Origin: an uncultured Janthinobacterium sp.
GTDB lineage: Bacteria > Vulcanimicrobiota > Vulcanimicrobiia > Vulcanimicrobiales > Vulcanimicrobiaceae
DNA length: 24,362 nucleotides
Assembly (NCBI GenBank): GCA_964658025.1
Contig: CAZZXB010000033.1
Span: 1 to 24,362, forward strand
Reading direction: 5' to 3'
Each line of letters starts with the position of its first letter. Position 1 is the stretch's first letter. The translations under genes and the position numbers were made by a program. The notes beneath the pieces are model-generated. The model saw only the letters and a list, made by a program, of their open reading frames with translations, was not told the origin of the DNA and searched no databases. Of the stretch, positions 1 through 8,957 are shown in pieces.

Positions 1-216
1 CGCATCCTGATCGCCGGAACCTCGATGTCGACGCCGCTCGTCGCGGGTGCGGCGGCGCTCATCCTCGGCGTCAATAGCAGTTATCAGTCTCCGAAGGCCA
101 TGAAGCAACTCCTGTGCTCGACGGCGGACGAGATCAACGACGCGAAGGAGGGCTGCGGGCGTCTGAACGTCTATCGTGCGATGGCGACCGCCCTCAACGA
201 TCCGCAATTACCGTAG
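1..216 (+). CDS. S8 family (subtilisin-like) serine peptidase, C-terminal fragment (5' truncated by window edge)
   Basis: Frame 1 is open from base 1 and reads RILIAGTSMSTPLVAGAAALIL, the subtilase catalytic-Ser motif GTSMxxPxVAG. It ends with the typical G.G.LN..A motif (GCGRLNVYRA); stop TAG at 214-216. Confidence 0.9.
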   Translation, partial: RILIAGTSMSTPLVAGAAALILGVNSSYQSPKAMKQLLCSTADEINDAKEGCGRLNVYRAMATALNDPQLP

Positions 217-273
217 GGATCGGCCCCTAACGCAACACGGCGCGACGTCGCGCCGCGCACTTCGCGAGGAACG

Positions 274-2016
274 ATGCTAGCACCAAAGATCGAGCCGCTC
301 TCCGTCGCGGACGCGACGCCGCCGCGCGTCGCCTACTTCTCGATGGAGATCGCGCTCGATTCCGATCTGCCGACCTACAGCGGCGGACTCGGCATCCTCG
401 CGGGCGACATGTTGCTCTCGGCGGCCGATCTGCGGATCCCGATCGTCGCCGTGACGATGGTCCATCGCCACGGGTATTTCGCCCAACGTCTCGACGAACA
501 CGGAACGCAGCACGAGTTGCCCGACTCGTGGGATCCTTCGCGAGCGCTCCGGCGCGTCGATGCGACGACGACGGTCGAGATCGAAGGACGGACCGTGCGC
601 GTCGGCGCGTGGTGTTACGATCTCGTCGGGAATTCCGGTTACGCGTTGCCGGTGCTCTTACTCGACACGGATTTTCCCGAGAACACGATCGAGGATCGCG
701 CGCTCGTCGGATCGCTCTACGGCGGCGACGAACGCTATCGCCTCGCGCAGGAGATCGTGCTCGGCTACGGCGGCTTCTCGCTCTTGCAGGCGCTCGGGTA
801 CGAACGCGACATCGCGACGTTCCACATGAACGAGGGCCACTCGGCGCTCCTCGTCGCCGCCGCCGTCGAAGCGCACGCGCGAAATCGCGGCGCCCTGCAA
901 CCGACACCCGAAGATCTCGAAGCGGTGCGAGCGCGCTTCGTCTTCACGACGCACACGCCCGTCCCGGCCGGACACGATCGTTTCCATCGCGGGCTCGCGC
1001 ACCAGGTGCTCGGCGAGGCGCGCGCCGCGCTCATCGAATCGCTCGGGAGCGTGCACGACGATCTCGTGAACATGAGCCATCTCGCGCTCCGCGGATCGCA
1101 CTACACGAACGGCGTCGCGATGCGTCACGGCGAGGTCTCGCGCGAGATGTTCCCGGACGACGAGATCCACGCGATCACGAACGGCGTGCACGCCGGTCGT
1201 TGGACCGCGGAACCGTTCGCGACGTTATTCGATGCGCGCATGCCCGGCTGGCGCGACGACAACGCGTACTTGCGACACGCCGTCGGGATCGATCCGGACG
1301 AGGTCGCGGCCGCGCATCGCAAGACGAAGGCGGCGCTCCTGGAGATGATCCGCGAACGCAACGGCGTCGCGCTCGATCCCGACGTCTTCACGATCGGCTT
1401 CGCGCGTCGCGCGGCGGCGTACAAACGCGGCGCGCTCGTCTTCCACGATCTCGATCGCCTGCGCTCGATCGCCGCGCGCGTCGGACCGATGCAGTTCGTC
1501 TTCGGCGGGAAGTCGCATCCGAAGGATCAGGACGGCAAGAGCGTCATCCGGCGCATCTTCGAAGCCGCGCGCGAACTCGGCGATGCGATCCGCGTCGTCT
1601 ACGTCGAGAACTACGAGATGTCGACCGCGGCGAAGATCGTGGCGGGCGTCGACGTGTGGCTCAACAACCCGCGTCCGCCGCTCGAAGCCTCGGGGACGAG
1701 CGGGATGAAGGCCGCGCTCAACGGCATCCCGAGCCTCTCGACGGTCGACGGCTGGTGGGTCGAAGGGTGCATCGAGGGCGTGACGGGCTGGGCCGTCGGT
1801 CACGGCGACGCACACGCGTCGGACGAAACCGACGCGTACGGACTCTACGACAAACTCGAACGCGTCGTGCTCCCGCTCTTCTATCGCGATCCCGCGGGCT
1901 ACGCGCTCGTGCGGCGCAACGCGATCGCGCTCAACGGTTCGTACTTCAACACGCAACGGATGGTCGAGCAGTACGCGCTCGGCGCTTACGGGCTCGTCTC
2001 GACGGCGACGCGCTAA
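274..2016 (+). CDS. glgP: Alpha-glucan (glycogen/maltodextrin) phosphorylase
   Basis: 580 aa with VAYFSME, YSGGLGILAGD, HMNEGH, FTTHTPVPAGHD, ITNGVH and the PLP-lysine motif EASGTSGMK. GAGGA RBS just upstream of the ATG. Confidence 0.96.
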   Translation: MLAPKIEPLSVADATPPRVAYFSMEIALDSDLPTYSGGLGILAGDMLLSAADLRIPIVAVTMVHRHGYFAQRLDEHGTQHELPDSWDPSRALRRVDATTTVEIEGRTVRVGAWCYDLVGNSGYALPVLLLDTDFPENTIEDRALVGSLYGGDERYRLAQEIVLGYGGFSLLQALGYERDIATFHMNEGHSALLVAAAVEAHARNRGALQPTPEDLEAVRARFVFTTHTPVPAGHDRFHRGLAHQVLGEARAALIESLGSVHDDLVNMSHLALRGSHYTNGVAMRHGEVSREMFPDDEIHAITNGVHAGRWTAEPFATLFDARMPGWRDDNAYLRHAVGIDPDEVAAAHRKTKAALLEMIRERNGVALDPDVFTIGFARRAAAYKRGALVFHDLDRLRSIAARVGPMQFVFGGKSHPKDQDGKSVIRRIFEAARELGDAIRVVYVENYEMSTAAKIVAGVDVWLNNPRPPLEASGTSGMKAALNGIPSLSTVDGWWVEGCIEGVTGWAVGHGDAHASDETDAYGLYDKLERVVLPLFYRDPAGYALVRRNAIALNGSYFNTQRMVEQYALGAYGLVSTATR

Positions 2017-2104
2017 CGCGGCCGCTCGGTCGCGACGGAGCGGCGTCTCCACGCGGCCCGGGCGCGCGCAGGCGCGCGGCGGGTCGATGCGAGAAGTGCG
2101 CTCG

Positions 2105-2518
2105 ATGGACCGCGCTACCGCAATCGACCTCGTCGAGCGTTACTACGCCGCATTCAACGCTCGCGATCTCCCGACGTTCTTCAGCCTGCTCGCCGACGAC
2201 GTCGTGCACGACGTGAACCAAGGCGGCCGGGAATCGGGGATCGCGGCGTTCCGCGCGTTCATGGACCTCATGAACGCGCATTATTCCGAAGAGCTCGTGG
2301 ACATGGTCGTGATGGCGAACGAGGACGGGACGCGCGCGTCCGCCGAGTTCGTCGTGCTCGGCGAGTATCGCGCGAGCGCGGCCGGTCTGCCGGTCGCCGC
2401 GAATCAGTCGTACCGTCTGCCGGCGGGCGCGTTCTTCGACGTGCGTGACGGCAAGATCGCGCGCGTGACGAATTACTACAATCTCACCGATTGGATCGCG
2501 CAGGTCGAGGGCGCGTGA
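2105..2518 (+). CDS. SnoaL-like / ketosteroid isomerase-related NTF2-fold protein
   Basis: LVERYYAAFNARD..., DDVVHDVNQG, LPAGAFF and the C-terminal DGKIARVTNYYN are typical of this family. ATG at 2105 chosen as start; stop overlaps the next start (GTGA). Confidence 0.88.
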   Translation: MDRATAIDLVERYYAAFNARDLPTFFSLLADDVVHDVNQGGRESGIAAFRAFMDLMNAHYSEELVDMVVMANEDGTRASAEFVVLGEYRASAAGLPVAANQSYRLPAGAFFDVRDGKIARVTNYYNLTDWIAQVEGA

Positions 2519-3120
2519 ACCGCGCGCCCGTCGCGATCCGCACCGTCAACGGTGCGGAGATCGCGCGTTACGTCCCCGAGATGGCGCGCTTGCGCATCGA
2601 GATCTTTCGCGACTTTCCGTACCTCTACGACGGCGACCGTGCGTACGAGAACGAATACCTGCGCACGTACGTCGATTCACCGGAGAGCGTCGCGGTGCTC
2701 GCGCTCGCGGGCGACGAACTCGTCGGCGTGTCGACGGGGATCCCGCTCGCGGACGAAACCGAGGCGTTCGCCCGACCGTTCGTCGCTCGCGGCGACGACG
2801 TCCGGCGCATCTTTTATTTCGGCGAGTCGCTCTTGCGCCCGGCGTTTCGCGGCGGCGGAACGTATCGCGCGTATTTTCGCGAACGCGAGGCGCGCGCGCG
2901 CGAACTCGGCGGGTTCGATCTCTGCGCGTTCTGCGCCGTCGTGCGTCCGGCGGACCATCCCGCGCGGCCGCCCGGATACGCGCCGCTCGACGCGGTGTGG
3001 CGCCGCTTCGGATACGAGCCGTCGACCGATCTCGCGACGACGTTCGCCTGGAAAGACGTCGGCGACGACGTGGAAACGGAGAAACCCATGACGTTCTGGA
3101 CGAAGCGGCTCTCGCCGTGA
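2515..3120 (+). CDS. GNAT family N-acetyltransferase
   Basis: LRIEIFRDFPYLYDG, acetyl-CoA motif A-like YFGESLLRPAFRGGG, and HPARPPGYAPLDAVWRRFGY. GTG start overlaps the previous stop (GTGA 2515-2518). Confidence 0.85.
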   Translation: MNRAPVAIRTVNGAEIARYVPEMARLRIEIFRDFPYLYDGDRAYENEYLRTYVDSPESVAVLALAGDELVGVSTGIPLADETEAFARPFVARGDDVRRIFYFGESLLRPAFRGGGTYRAYFREREARARELGGFDLCAFCAVVRPADHPARPPGYAPLDAVWRRFGYEPSTDLATTFAWKDVGDDVETEKPMTFWTKRLSP

Positions 3121-3998
3121 ACGCGACGGACTCCGATCGCGTCCGCGTCGCCGCGGCGCAATACGCGCCGACGTTTCTCGCGAGTTGGGCGGCGTACGAA
3201 GCGAAGGTCGAGCGGTGGGTCCGCGAAGCCGTCGCGGACGGCGCCGGCGCGCTCGCGTTCCCCGAATATTTCAGCATGGAACTCGCGTCGCTCTTCGCGC
3301 CGGAGATCTACGCCTCGCTCGATCGCCAACTCTACGAGATGCAGGCGCTCGCGGAACCGTTCGTGCGTCTCTTCGCGGAACTCGCGAAACGGTACGCGGT
3401 GACGATCGTCGCGGGCTCGTTTCCGTTTCGCGTGCCGACGGGCGAATATCGCAATCGATCGTTTCTCTTCCGTCCCGACGGAACGCACGTACATCAGGAC
3501 AAGATCCAGATGACGCGCTTCGAGAGCGAGACGTGGTTGATCTCGGGCGCCGATCGCGTCGACACGTTCGAGACCGCGTTCGGCGCGGTCGGGATCGCGA
3601 TCTGTTACGACGGCGAGTTTCCGCTGATCGCGCGCAAACAGGCCGAAGCGGGCGCGCGCGTGATCTTCGTCCCGAGTTGTACCGACACGCTCGCCGGATA
3701 CCATCGCGTGCGGATCGGCGCGCAGGCGCGCGCGCTCGAGAATCAGTGCTACGTCGTGCACGCCTCGCTCGTCGGCGACGCGCCGTGGTCGCCCGCGATC
3801 GACGTGAACGTCGGTGCGGCCGCGATCTACACGCCGGTCGACTACGGCTTCCCGCCCGACGGCGTGCTCGCGATCGGCGAACTCGGCGTTTCGGGATGGG
3901 TCTTCGCCGATCTCGAACTCGACCGGATGGCCGAAATTCGCGCGACGGGCCAGGTGTTCAACTTCCGCGATTGGCCGGGTCAGGCAAATATCACTTGA
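3117..3998 (+). CDS. Carbon-nitrogen hydrolase (nitrilase superfamily)
   Basis: Glu-Lys-Cys triad in FPEY, QDKIQM and ICYDGEFP, plus ARALENQCYVV. GTG start overlaps the GNAT stop (GTGA 3117-3120). Confidence 0.92.
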   Translation: MNATDSDRVRVAAAQYAPTFLASWAAYEAKVERWVREAVADGAGALAFPEYFSMELASLFAPEIYASLDRQLYEMQALAEPFVRLFAELAKRYAVTIVAGSFPFRVPTGEYRNRSFLFRPDGTHVHQDKIQMTRFESETWLISGADRVDTFETAFGAVGIAICYDGEFPLIARKQAEAGARVIFVPSCTDTLAGYHRVRIGAQARALENQCYVVHASLVGDAPWSPAIDVNVGAAAIYTPVDYGFPPDGVLAIGELGVSGWVFADLELDRMAEIRATGQVFNFRDWPGQANIT

Positions 3999-4127
3999 TT
4001 TTATGCCTCTTTCGGGAGGGCGATCCTCGCGAGCGTCGTACGGCACTCGGGTTCTCCAGGGTTCCGGTTAGCACGAGCGCCCTGCGGTACGATCTCACTA
4101 CTCAACCTTCCCCCGTTCAGAGGCGCA

Positions 4128-4481
4128 ATGTATACCGATGAAACGTTGAACTGCGTGGATTGCAGTTCGCCCTTCACTTTCTCTTCCGGCGAACAGGAGT
4201 TCTACGCAGCCAAAGGCTTCGCGAACAAGCCGAACCGTTGTCCCGATTGTCGCGCGGCGCGTAAGGCGCAGCGTGGTGCCGGCGGCGGCGGCGGGTACGG
4301 CGCGAGCGCCGGCGGCGGCGGCGGATACGGCGCGGGCTCGCGCGGCGAACGCGAGATGTTCTCGGCGACGTGCAGCCAGTGCGGTCAGGTCGCGCAGGTT
4401 CCGTTCCAGCCGCGCGGCGACAAGCCCGTCTACTGCCGCGACTGCTTCTCGACGCGTCAGGGCGGCGGATCGCGCCGCTAA
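4128..4481 (+). CDS. Zinc-ribbon domain / CxxC-x17-CxxC domain protein with Gly-rich linker
   Basis: N-terminal CVDC...FTFSSGEQEFY...PNRCPDCR zinc ribbon, two GGGGGYGA repeats, and C-terminal CSQCG..VPFQP..DKPVYCRDCF. Confidence 0.9.
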   Translation: MYTDETLNCVDCSSPFTFSSGEQEFYAAKGFANKPNRCPDCRAARKAQRGAGGGGGYGASAGGGGGYGAGSRGEREMFSATCSQCGQVAQVPFQPRGDKPVYCRDCFSTRQGGGSRR

Positions 4482-4493
4482 TCTCGGAAGCTC

Positions 4494-4527
4494 CGGCGCT
4501 CGCGGCTCACGCCGCGGGCGCCGTTTT
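4494..4527 (+). terminator. Rho-independent terminator after the zinc-ribbon gene
   Basis: 13-bp stem CGGCGCTCGCGGC / GCCGCGGGCGCCG (one G-U), loop TCAC, followed by TTTT. Lies between convergent genes. Confidence 0.75.
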
Positions 4528-4533
4528 CGAACG

Positions 4534-6510
4534 CTAGACGGTCTTCTTCGCGAGTCGTCCGAGCCACGCGTAGAGCGCGGCGACGCCCGACACGAAGGCG
4601 AGCGTCGCGATCGTATTCGCCACAGGCGCGAACGCGTCGCCGACCACCGCGAGCGGGCTCGCCTTGCCCGATACGACGATGAGCGCGGCGAGCGCCACGC
4701 CGAAGAGACTCTCGCCGACGATGAGTCCCGACGCGAGCAGGACGCCGAGTCGCTTCGCGCCTTCGGGATCCTTGCGTTTCGCGCACGCGCGATCGTATCC
4801 GTAGCCGAGGATCGCGCCGACGACGATCGGCACGATCGAAGCCGACGGCAGATAGATCCCGAGCCCGACGGCGAGGGGCGGAAGCGAATAACGTTTCGTC
4901 GTGCCGAGCAGTTCGTCGACGATGATGATGACCGCGCCGACCACGGCGCCGACGCCGATGAGACCCCAATCGAGTTTACCGCCGACGACGCCGACCGCGA
5001 GCGCGGAGATGAGCGTCGCCTGCGGTGCCGGGAGCGGATGCGAACCCGCGGCGCCGTGCAGCGGTGAGCCCGCGAATCCGTACGCGCGGTTGAGCAGATC
5101 GAGGATCGGCGGGATGATCGCGGCGCCGACCACGACGCCGATCACGAGCGCGATCTGCTGGCGCCACGGCGTCGCGTCGACGAGCTGTCCCGTCTTGAGA
5201 TCTTGCAGGTTGTCGTTCGCGATCGTGGCGACGCAGAGTACGACCGCCGTGACGAAGAGCGCGAACGCGACGAGGGCGGGCGCAGCGCTCGGCCCCATGC
5301 CGTGCGCCGTAATGCCGAGGAGGAGCGCCGCGCCGAGTACCGTGAGGATGGCGAGACCCGAGACCGGGCTGTTCGACGATCCGATGAGTCCGGCCATGTA
5401 GCCGCACGCGGCCGAGACGAGAAAGCCCGCGAGCGCGACGTAGGCGACCGCGCCGACGACGAGCGCCACGGCGTACGGCGCGAGCGCGGTGCCGGAGAGA
5501 AAGGCGTCGAGCAACGCCGCGAGCGGGAGTAGGATCGCGAGCGAGACGAGGGCGACGACGCCGATCGGCAGATCGCGTTCGGTACGCGGCAGACTGGCGT
5601 CCGCGCCGCGGAAGAGCCCGCGAGAGACGGCGATCGCCGACGCGATCCCGAGCCAGACCGGACGCGCGAGCTTGCCGAGCGTCCAGATCCCCGCGATGCC
5701 GATCGCGCCCGCGCCGATGAAGCGGACTTGATGCGCCCACACGGAGACGGCGACCGCGGCCGGATCCCCCGGCGTCGCGTGGAGCGCGGTGAGAAGGGGT
5801 ACCGCGACGCCCCACGCGATCGCGACGCCGACGAACATCGCGATGCCGACGCCGAGGCCGACGAGATGGCCCGCCCCGACGAGCGCGAAGGAGACGCCCG
5901 CGCCGAGCCCGGTCGCCGACGCGCCGACGCGCACGTAGCGCGCGATCTCGCTCGCGAAGATCCCCGTCGCTTCGACGAAAACGTAGAACGCGGAGACGAT
6001 CGCGCCGACGATGACGGTCAATAACCCGGCCCGGTTCTCGTCGGCCCGTTCGTGCCCGACGCGCAGGATCTCCGCGGCCGCGACGCCTTCGGGATACGGA
6101 AGCTCGGAATCCGTGACGAGCGCGCGCCGCAACGGCACCGTGTACATCACGCCGAGGATGCCGCCGATCGCGCAGACGCCGAAGGACTCCCAGAACGGAA
6201 ATCCGGTCCACCATCCGACCATGACGAGTCCGGGCAAGACGAAGATGATCGAGGAGAGCGTGCCGGCGGCGGACGCGATCGTCTGCACGATATTGTTTTC
6301 GTGAATCGTCGCGTTCTTGAGCGGTCGCAAGAGCGCCATGGAGATGACGGCGGCCGGGATCGACGACGCGAACGTCAGGCCGACGCGGAGACCGAGATAG
6401 ACGTTGGCCGCGGTGAAGACGAGCGTGATAAGCGAGCCGAGGACGACGCCGCGGATCGTGATCTCGCGGCGATCGGCGGTGTCGGTCGGTTTCTGCCTCG
6501 CCTCGGTCAC
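4534..6510 (-). CDS. OPT family oligopeptide transporter
   Basis: Highly hydrophobic, with OPT signatures ANVYLGLRVGLT, ENNIVQTIASAA, LPYPEG, IGSSNSPVSG, NDNLQDLKTG, ATPWRQQ, PAPQA and ASGLIVGESL. GTG start at 6510 is preceded by GAAGGGGG. Confidence 0.93.
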   Translation of the reverse strand: MTEARQKPTDTADRREITIRGVVLGSLITLVFTAANVYLGLRVGLTFASSIPAAVISMALLRPLKNATIHENNIVQTIASAAGTLSSIIFVLPGLVMVGWWTGFPFWESFGVCAIGGILGVMYTVPLRRALVTDSELPYPEGVAAAEILRVGHERADENRAGLLTVIVGAIVSAFYVFVEATGIFASEIARYVRVGASATGLGAGVSFALVGAGHLVGLGVGIAMFVGVAIAWGVAVPLLTALHATPGDPAAVAVSVWAHQVRFIGAGAIGIAGIWTLGKLARPVWLGIASAIAVSRGLFRGADASLPRTERDLPIGVVALVSLAILLPLAALLDAFLSGTALAPYAVALVVGAVAYVALAGFLVSAACGYMAGLIGSSNSPVSGLAILTVLGAALLLGITAHGMGPSAAPALVAFALFVTAVVLCVATIANDNLQDLKTGQLVDATPWRQQIALVIGVVVGAAIIPPILDLLNRAYGFAGSPLHGAAGSHPLPAPQATLISALAVGVVGGKLDWGLIGVGAVVGAVIIIVDELLGTTKRYSLPPLAVGLGIYLPSASIVPIVVGAILGYGYDRACAKRKDPEGAKRLGVLLASGLIVGESLFGVALAALIVVSGKASPLAVVGDAFAPVANTIATLAFVSGVAALYAWLGRLAKKTV

Positions 6511-6607
6511 GGCGCGTCCCCCTTCCAGCATGGCCGAACGTTCGGCCGCGCCTCCGTTAAGCCGCAGGCGCTCTGGGGCGTCGATGCTCCGCGCGGATAC
6601 CGATTAC

Positions 6608-6640
6608 CCCCGCGAACGCGACGCGCGCGCGTCCGCGGGG
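6608..6640 (-). terminator. GC-rich hairpin downstream of the lmo0937-like gene (possible terminator)
   Basis: On the minus strand CCCCGCGGACGCG / CGCGTTCGCGGGG forms a 13-bp stem (one G-U). No clear U-tract follows. Confidence 0.4.
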
Positions 6641-6647
6641 AGCGGGG

Positions 6648-6806
6648 TCAGACGCGCGCGCCGCGACCGGTCAGGATGTTGAACACGAGTAAGACGAGCG
6701 CGACGACGAGCACGAGATGGATGAGGCCGCCACCGATGTGCGCGACGAATCCGATGAGCCAAAGGACGAAGAGCACGCTGATGATCGCCCAAAGAATTCC
6801 GGCCAT
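6648..6806 (-). CDS. lmo0937 family (DUF5670-like) small membrane protein, 52 aa
   Basis: MAGILWAIISVLFVLWLIGFVAHIGGGLIHLVLVVALVLLVFNILTGRGARV has the family pattern LWLxG....GGLIHxLLV. Strong GGAGG RBS. Confidence 0.88.
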   Translation of the reverse strand: MAGILWAIISVLFVLWLIGFVAHIGGGLIHLVLVVALVLLVFNILTGRGARV

Positions 6807-6871
6807 GGGGTCCTCCAAGTTCGAAGATGCGCTCGCTAATAACGAACTCCCAAGCGAGCGTCCTATCGCTC

Positions 6872-6896
6872 TTACCCCGATTTGGCGCACCGGAAC
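6872..6896 (-). promoter_or_regulatory. Putative SigB/SigF-type general-stress promoter for the lmo0937-like gene
   Basis: Minus strand reads GTTC-N15-GGGTAA, one mismatch from the GTTT-N15..17-GGGTA(A) consensus. lmo0937 is a SigB-regulon gene in Listeria. Confidence 0.55.
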
Positions 6897-6933
6897 GGAG
6901 GCGCGCGGCGTCCGCGCCGCAAAGCGGCCCGCA

Positions 6934-8652
6934 ATGTTTCGCCGTCGCTCCGTTTCGAGAAAGCGCGCGGTCGCGCGCATCGCGCTCGCCGCCGTCTTCT
7001 CGTCGACGTCAACGTGCGGCGTCGTCGACGCGCAAACGGCTTCGGGCCGATTCGGTGCCGTGGCGACCGATTCGCGTCCGGCGTCGCGCGTCGGGCTCGC
7101 GGTACTCGAACGCGGCGGGAACGCCGTCGACGCCGCGATCGCGATCGGATACGCCCTCGCCGTCACGTATCCGTCGGCGGGAAATATCGGCGGCGGCGGA
7201 TTCATGGTGATCCGTCGGCCCGACGGATCGACGCGGTTCGTCGATTTTCGAGAGCGTGCGCCCGCCGCCGCGACGCGAACGATGTACGACGATGCGAAGG
7301 GACGACCGATCGCCGAAAAGAGCACGGTCGGCGCGCTCGCGGCGGGCGTTCCGGGGACGGTCGCCGGGTTCGAGGCGGCGCGCCGCGACGCCACGCTCTC
7401 GCGTCACGATCTCATGGCGCCCGCGATCGCGCTCGCCGAAGGCGGGTTCGCGTTCGACGCGCCCGATGCCGACGAGTTCGCGCGCCACGCCGCACTGCTC
7501 GCGCGCTTTCCCGCGACGGCGGCGATCTTTCTCCCCGGCGGCCGCGCGCCGCGACCCGGATCCGTCTTGCGACAACCGGCGCTCGCGCGGACGCTGCGCG
7601 CCGTCGATCGTTACGGGGCGAACGGGTTTTATTCGGGCGAGGTCGCGAGGCGTTTCGTCGCGGGCGTCCGCGCGGGCGGCGGGATCATGACGATGGCCGA
7701 TCTCGCGTCCTATCGCGCGGTCGATCGGCCGACGCTGCGTTGCTCCGCCGGAGGTCTCGAGATCGTCTCCGTGCCTCCGCCGAGTTCGGGCGGGACGACC
7801 CTGTGCGAGACGCTCGGGATCCTCGCGCTCATGCCGCGCGAGCCGCGGCGCGGCGTGCGCGACGTCCACGACGAAGTCGAGGCCGAACGCCGTGCGTTCG
7901 CGGATCGCAATACGTTTCTCGGCGATCCCGACGCGTCGCCCGGCGTGACGGCGTCGGTCCGGCGTCTCCTCTCGCGCGAACATCTCGCGGCCGAACGTGC
8001 GACGATCGATCCGTCGCGCGCGACCCCGTCGCGGGCGATCGCGCCGAAACTCGCGCTACACGAAGGCACGAATACGACGCACTACGCGGTCGTCGACCGC
8101 CACGGCGAAGCCGTCTCCGTAACGTATACGTTGAACTCGACGTTCGGTTCGGGCGCGATGGCGGGCGATACGGGCGTGTTGCTCAACGACGAGATGGACG
8201 ATTTCGCGACCGCACCGGGATTTCCGAATCAGTTCGGCTTGATCGACGGAAAGCGGAACGAGGTCGGTCCGGGAAAACGGCCGCTCTCGTCGATGTCGCC
8301 GACCATCGTCGTTCGTGACGGGTCGCTCGCGCTCGTCGCGGGCGCCGCGGGCGGTTCGCACATCATCACGACGACGCTCGATCTCGTCCGCGACGTGCTC
8401 TGGTACCACCGCTCGCTCGCCTTCGCGATGGGCGCGCCGCGCTTGCACCACCAGTGGTATCCCGACGACGTCGCGATCGACGCGGGCACGCTCGCGCCGG
8501 ACGTCCGCGCGGCGCTCGAACGCGACGGCTATCGGTTCGAGATCGATCCGTTCGGTTCGGCAGCGAACGCGATCGCGATCGATCCCGCAACGCATCGCAT
8601 CGAGGCCGTTCACGACGATCGCCGCAAGACGGGCGTCGCGCTCGCGTATTAG
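6934..8652 (+). CDS. ggt: Gamma-glutamyltransferase, probably exported
   Basis: GGNAVDAA, GNIGGGGF, DFRERAP, GVPGTVAG, PPPSSGG, nucleophile Thr in NTTHYAVVD, LNDEMDDF, PGKRPLSSMSP and PRLHHQW. The basic-plus-hydrophobic N-terminus suggests a signal peptide; start inferred. Confidence 0.95.
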   Translation: MFRRRSVSRKRAVARIALAAVFSSTSTCGVVDAQTASGRFGAVATDSRPASRVGLAVLERGGNAVDAAIAIGYALAVTYPSAGNIGGGGFMVIRRPDGSTRFVDFRERAPAAATRTMYDDAKGRPIAEKSTVGALAAGVPGTVAGFEAARRDATLSRHDLMAPAIALAEGGFAFDAPDADEFARHAALLARFPATAAIFLPGGRAPRPGSVLRQPALARTLRAVDRYGANGFYSGEVARRFVAGVRAGGGIMTMADLASYRAVDRPTLRCSAGGLEIVSVPPPSSGGTTLCETLGILALMPREPRRGVRDVHDEVEAERRAFADRNTFLGDPDASPGVTASVRRLLSREHLAAERATIDPSRATPSRAIAPKLALHEGTNTTHYAVVDRHGEAVSVTYTLNSTFGSGAMAGDTGVLLNDEMDDFATAPGFPNQFGLIDGKRNEVGPGKRPLSSMSPTIVVRDGSLALVAGAAGGSHIITTTLDLVRDVLWYHRSLAFAMGAPRLHHQWYPDDVAIDAGTLAPDVRAALERDGYRFEIDPFGSAANAIAIDPATHRIEAVHDDRRKTGVALAY

Positions 8653-8718
8653 CGTGTCGCACTCGCATCTTAGCGAGCGCGTCGCGCCCGCGCGTTAGCG
8701 AGCGTTTTGCCGAAACGC
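8652..8718. terminator. Two hairpins between convergent ggt and the 75-aa ORF
   Basis: Imperfect long stem 8652-8687 around loop ATCTTA, and GCGTTT/AAACGC stem 8702-8718. Confidence 0.35.
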
Positions 8719-8729
8719 CGTGCGCGGCG

Positions 8730-8957
8730 TCACGATGCGGCTTCGGCCGCCGCGATCGTCGTACCGGGCGCACGCTCCGTCCCGGTCTGCCGGACGACCC
8801 TCGGCGGCTCCACGAGCGGCTGCGCGACGAGGACGGGGTTCGCCCAGATCATCTCCTGCGCGACCCGCGTGAAATCGGAGAGCGAGATATCCCGAATCGG
8901 ACGCCGCCGCGCCGGATGTCCGTCGAGGTCGAGAGGTTCGTCGAAACGCGCGATCAC
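8730..8957 (-). CDS. Hypothetical small protein, 75 aa
   Basis: GTG start with AAAGGAG 7 nt upstream. Fills the gap without overlapping neighbours and has an AT-richer upstream region. No recognisable domain. Confidence 0.6.
   Translation of the reverse strand: MIARFDEPLDLDGHPARRRPIRDISLSDFTRVAQEMIWANPVLVAQPLVEPPRVVRQTGTERAPGTTIAAAEAAS

Noticed and set aside
4281..4335. GGC-rich tandem repeat
   Set aside because: It encodes the GGGGGYGA linker of the zinc-ribbon protein. Not a CRISPR or mobile repeat.
6052..6933. 866-aa ORF suggesting a long N-terminal extension on GGT
   Set aside because: The extension is the antisense of the OPT and lmo0937-like genes. GGT-like sequence starts after ATG 6934.
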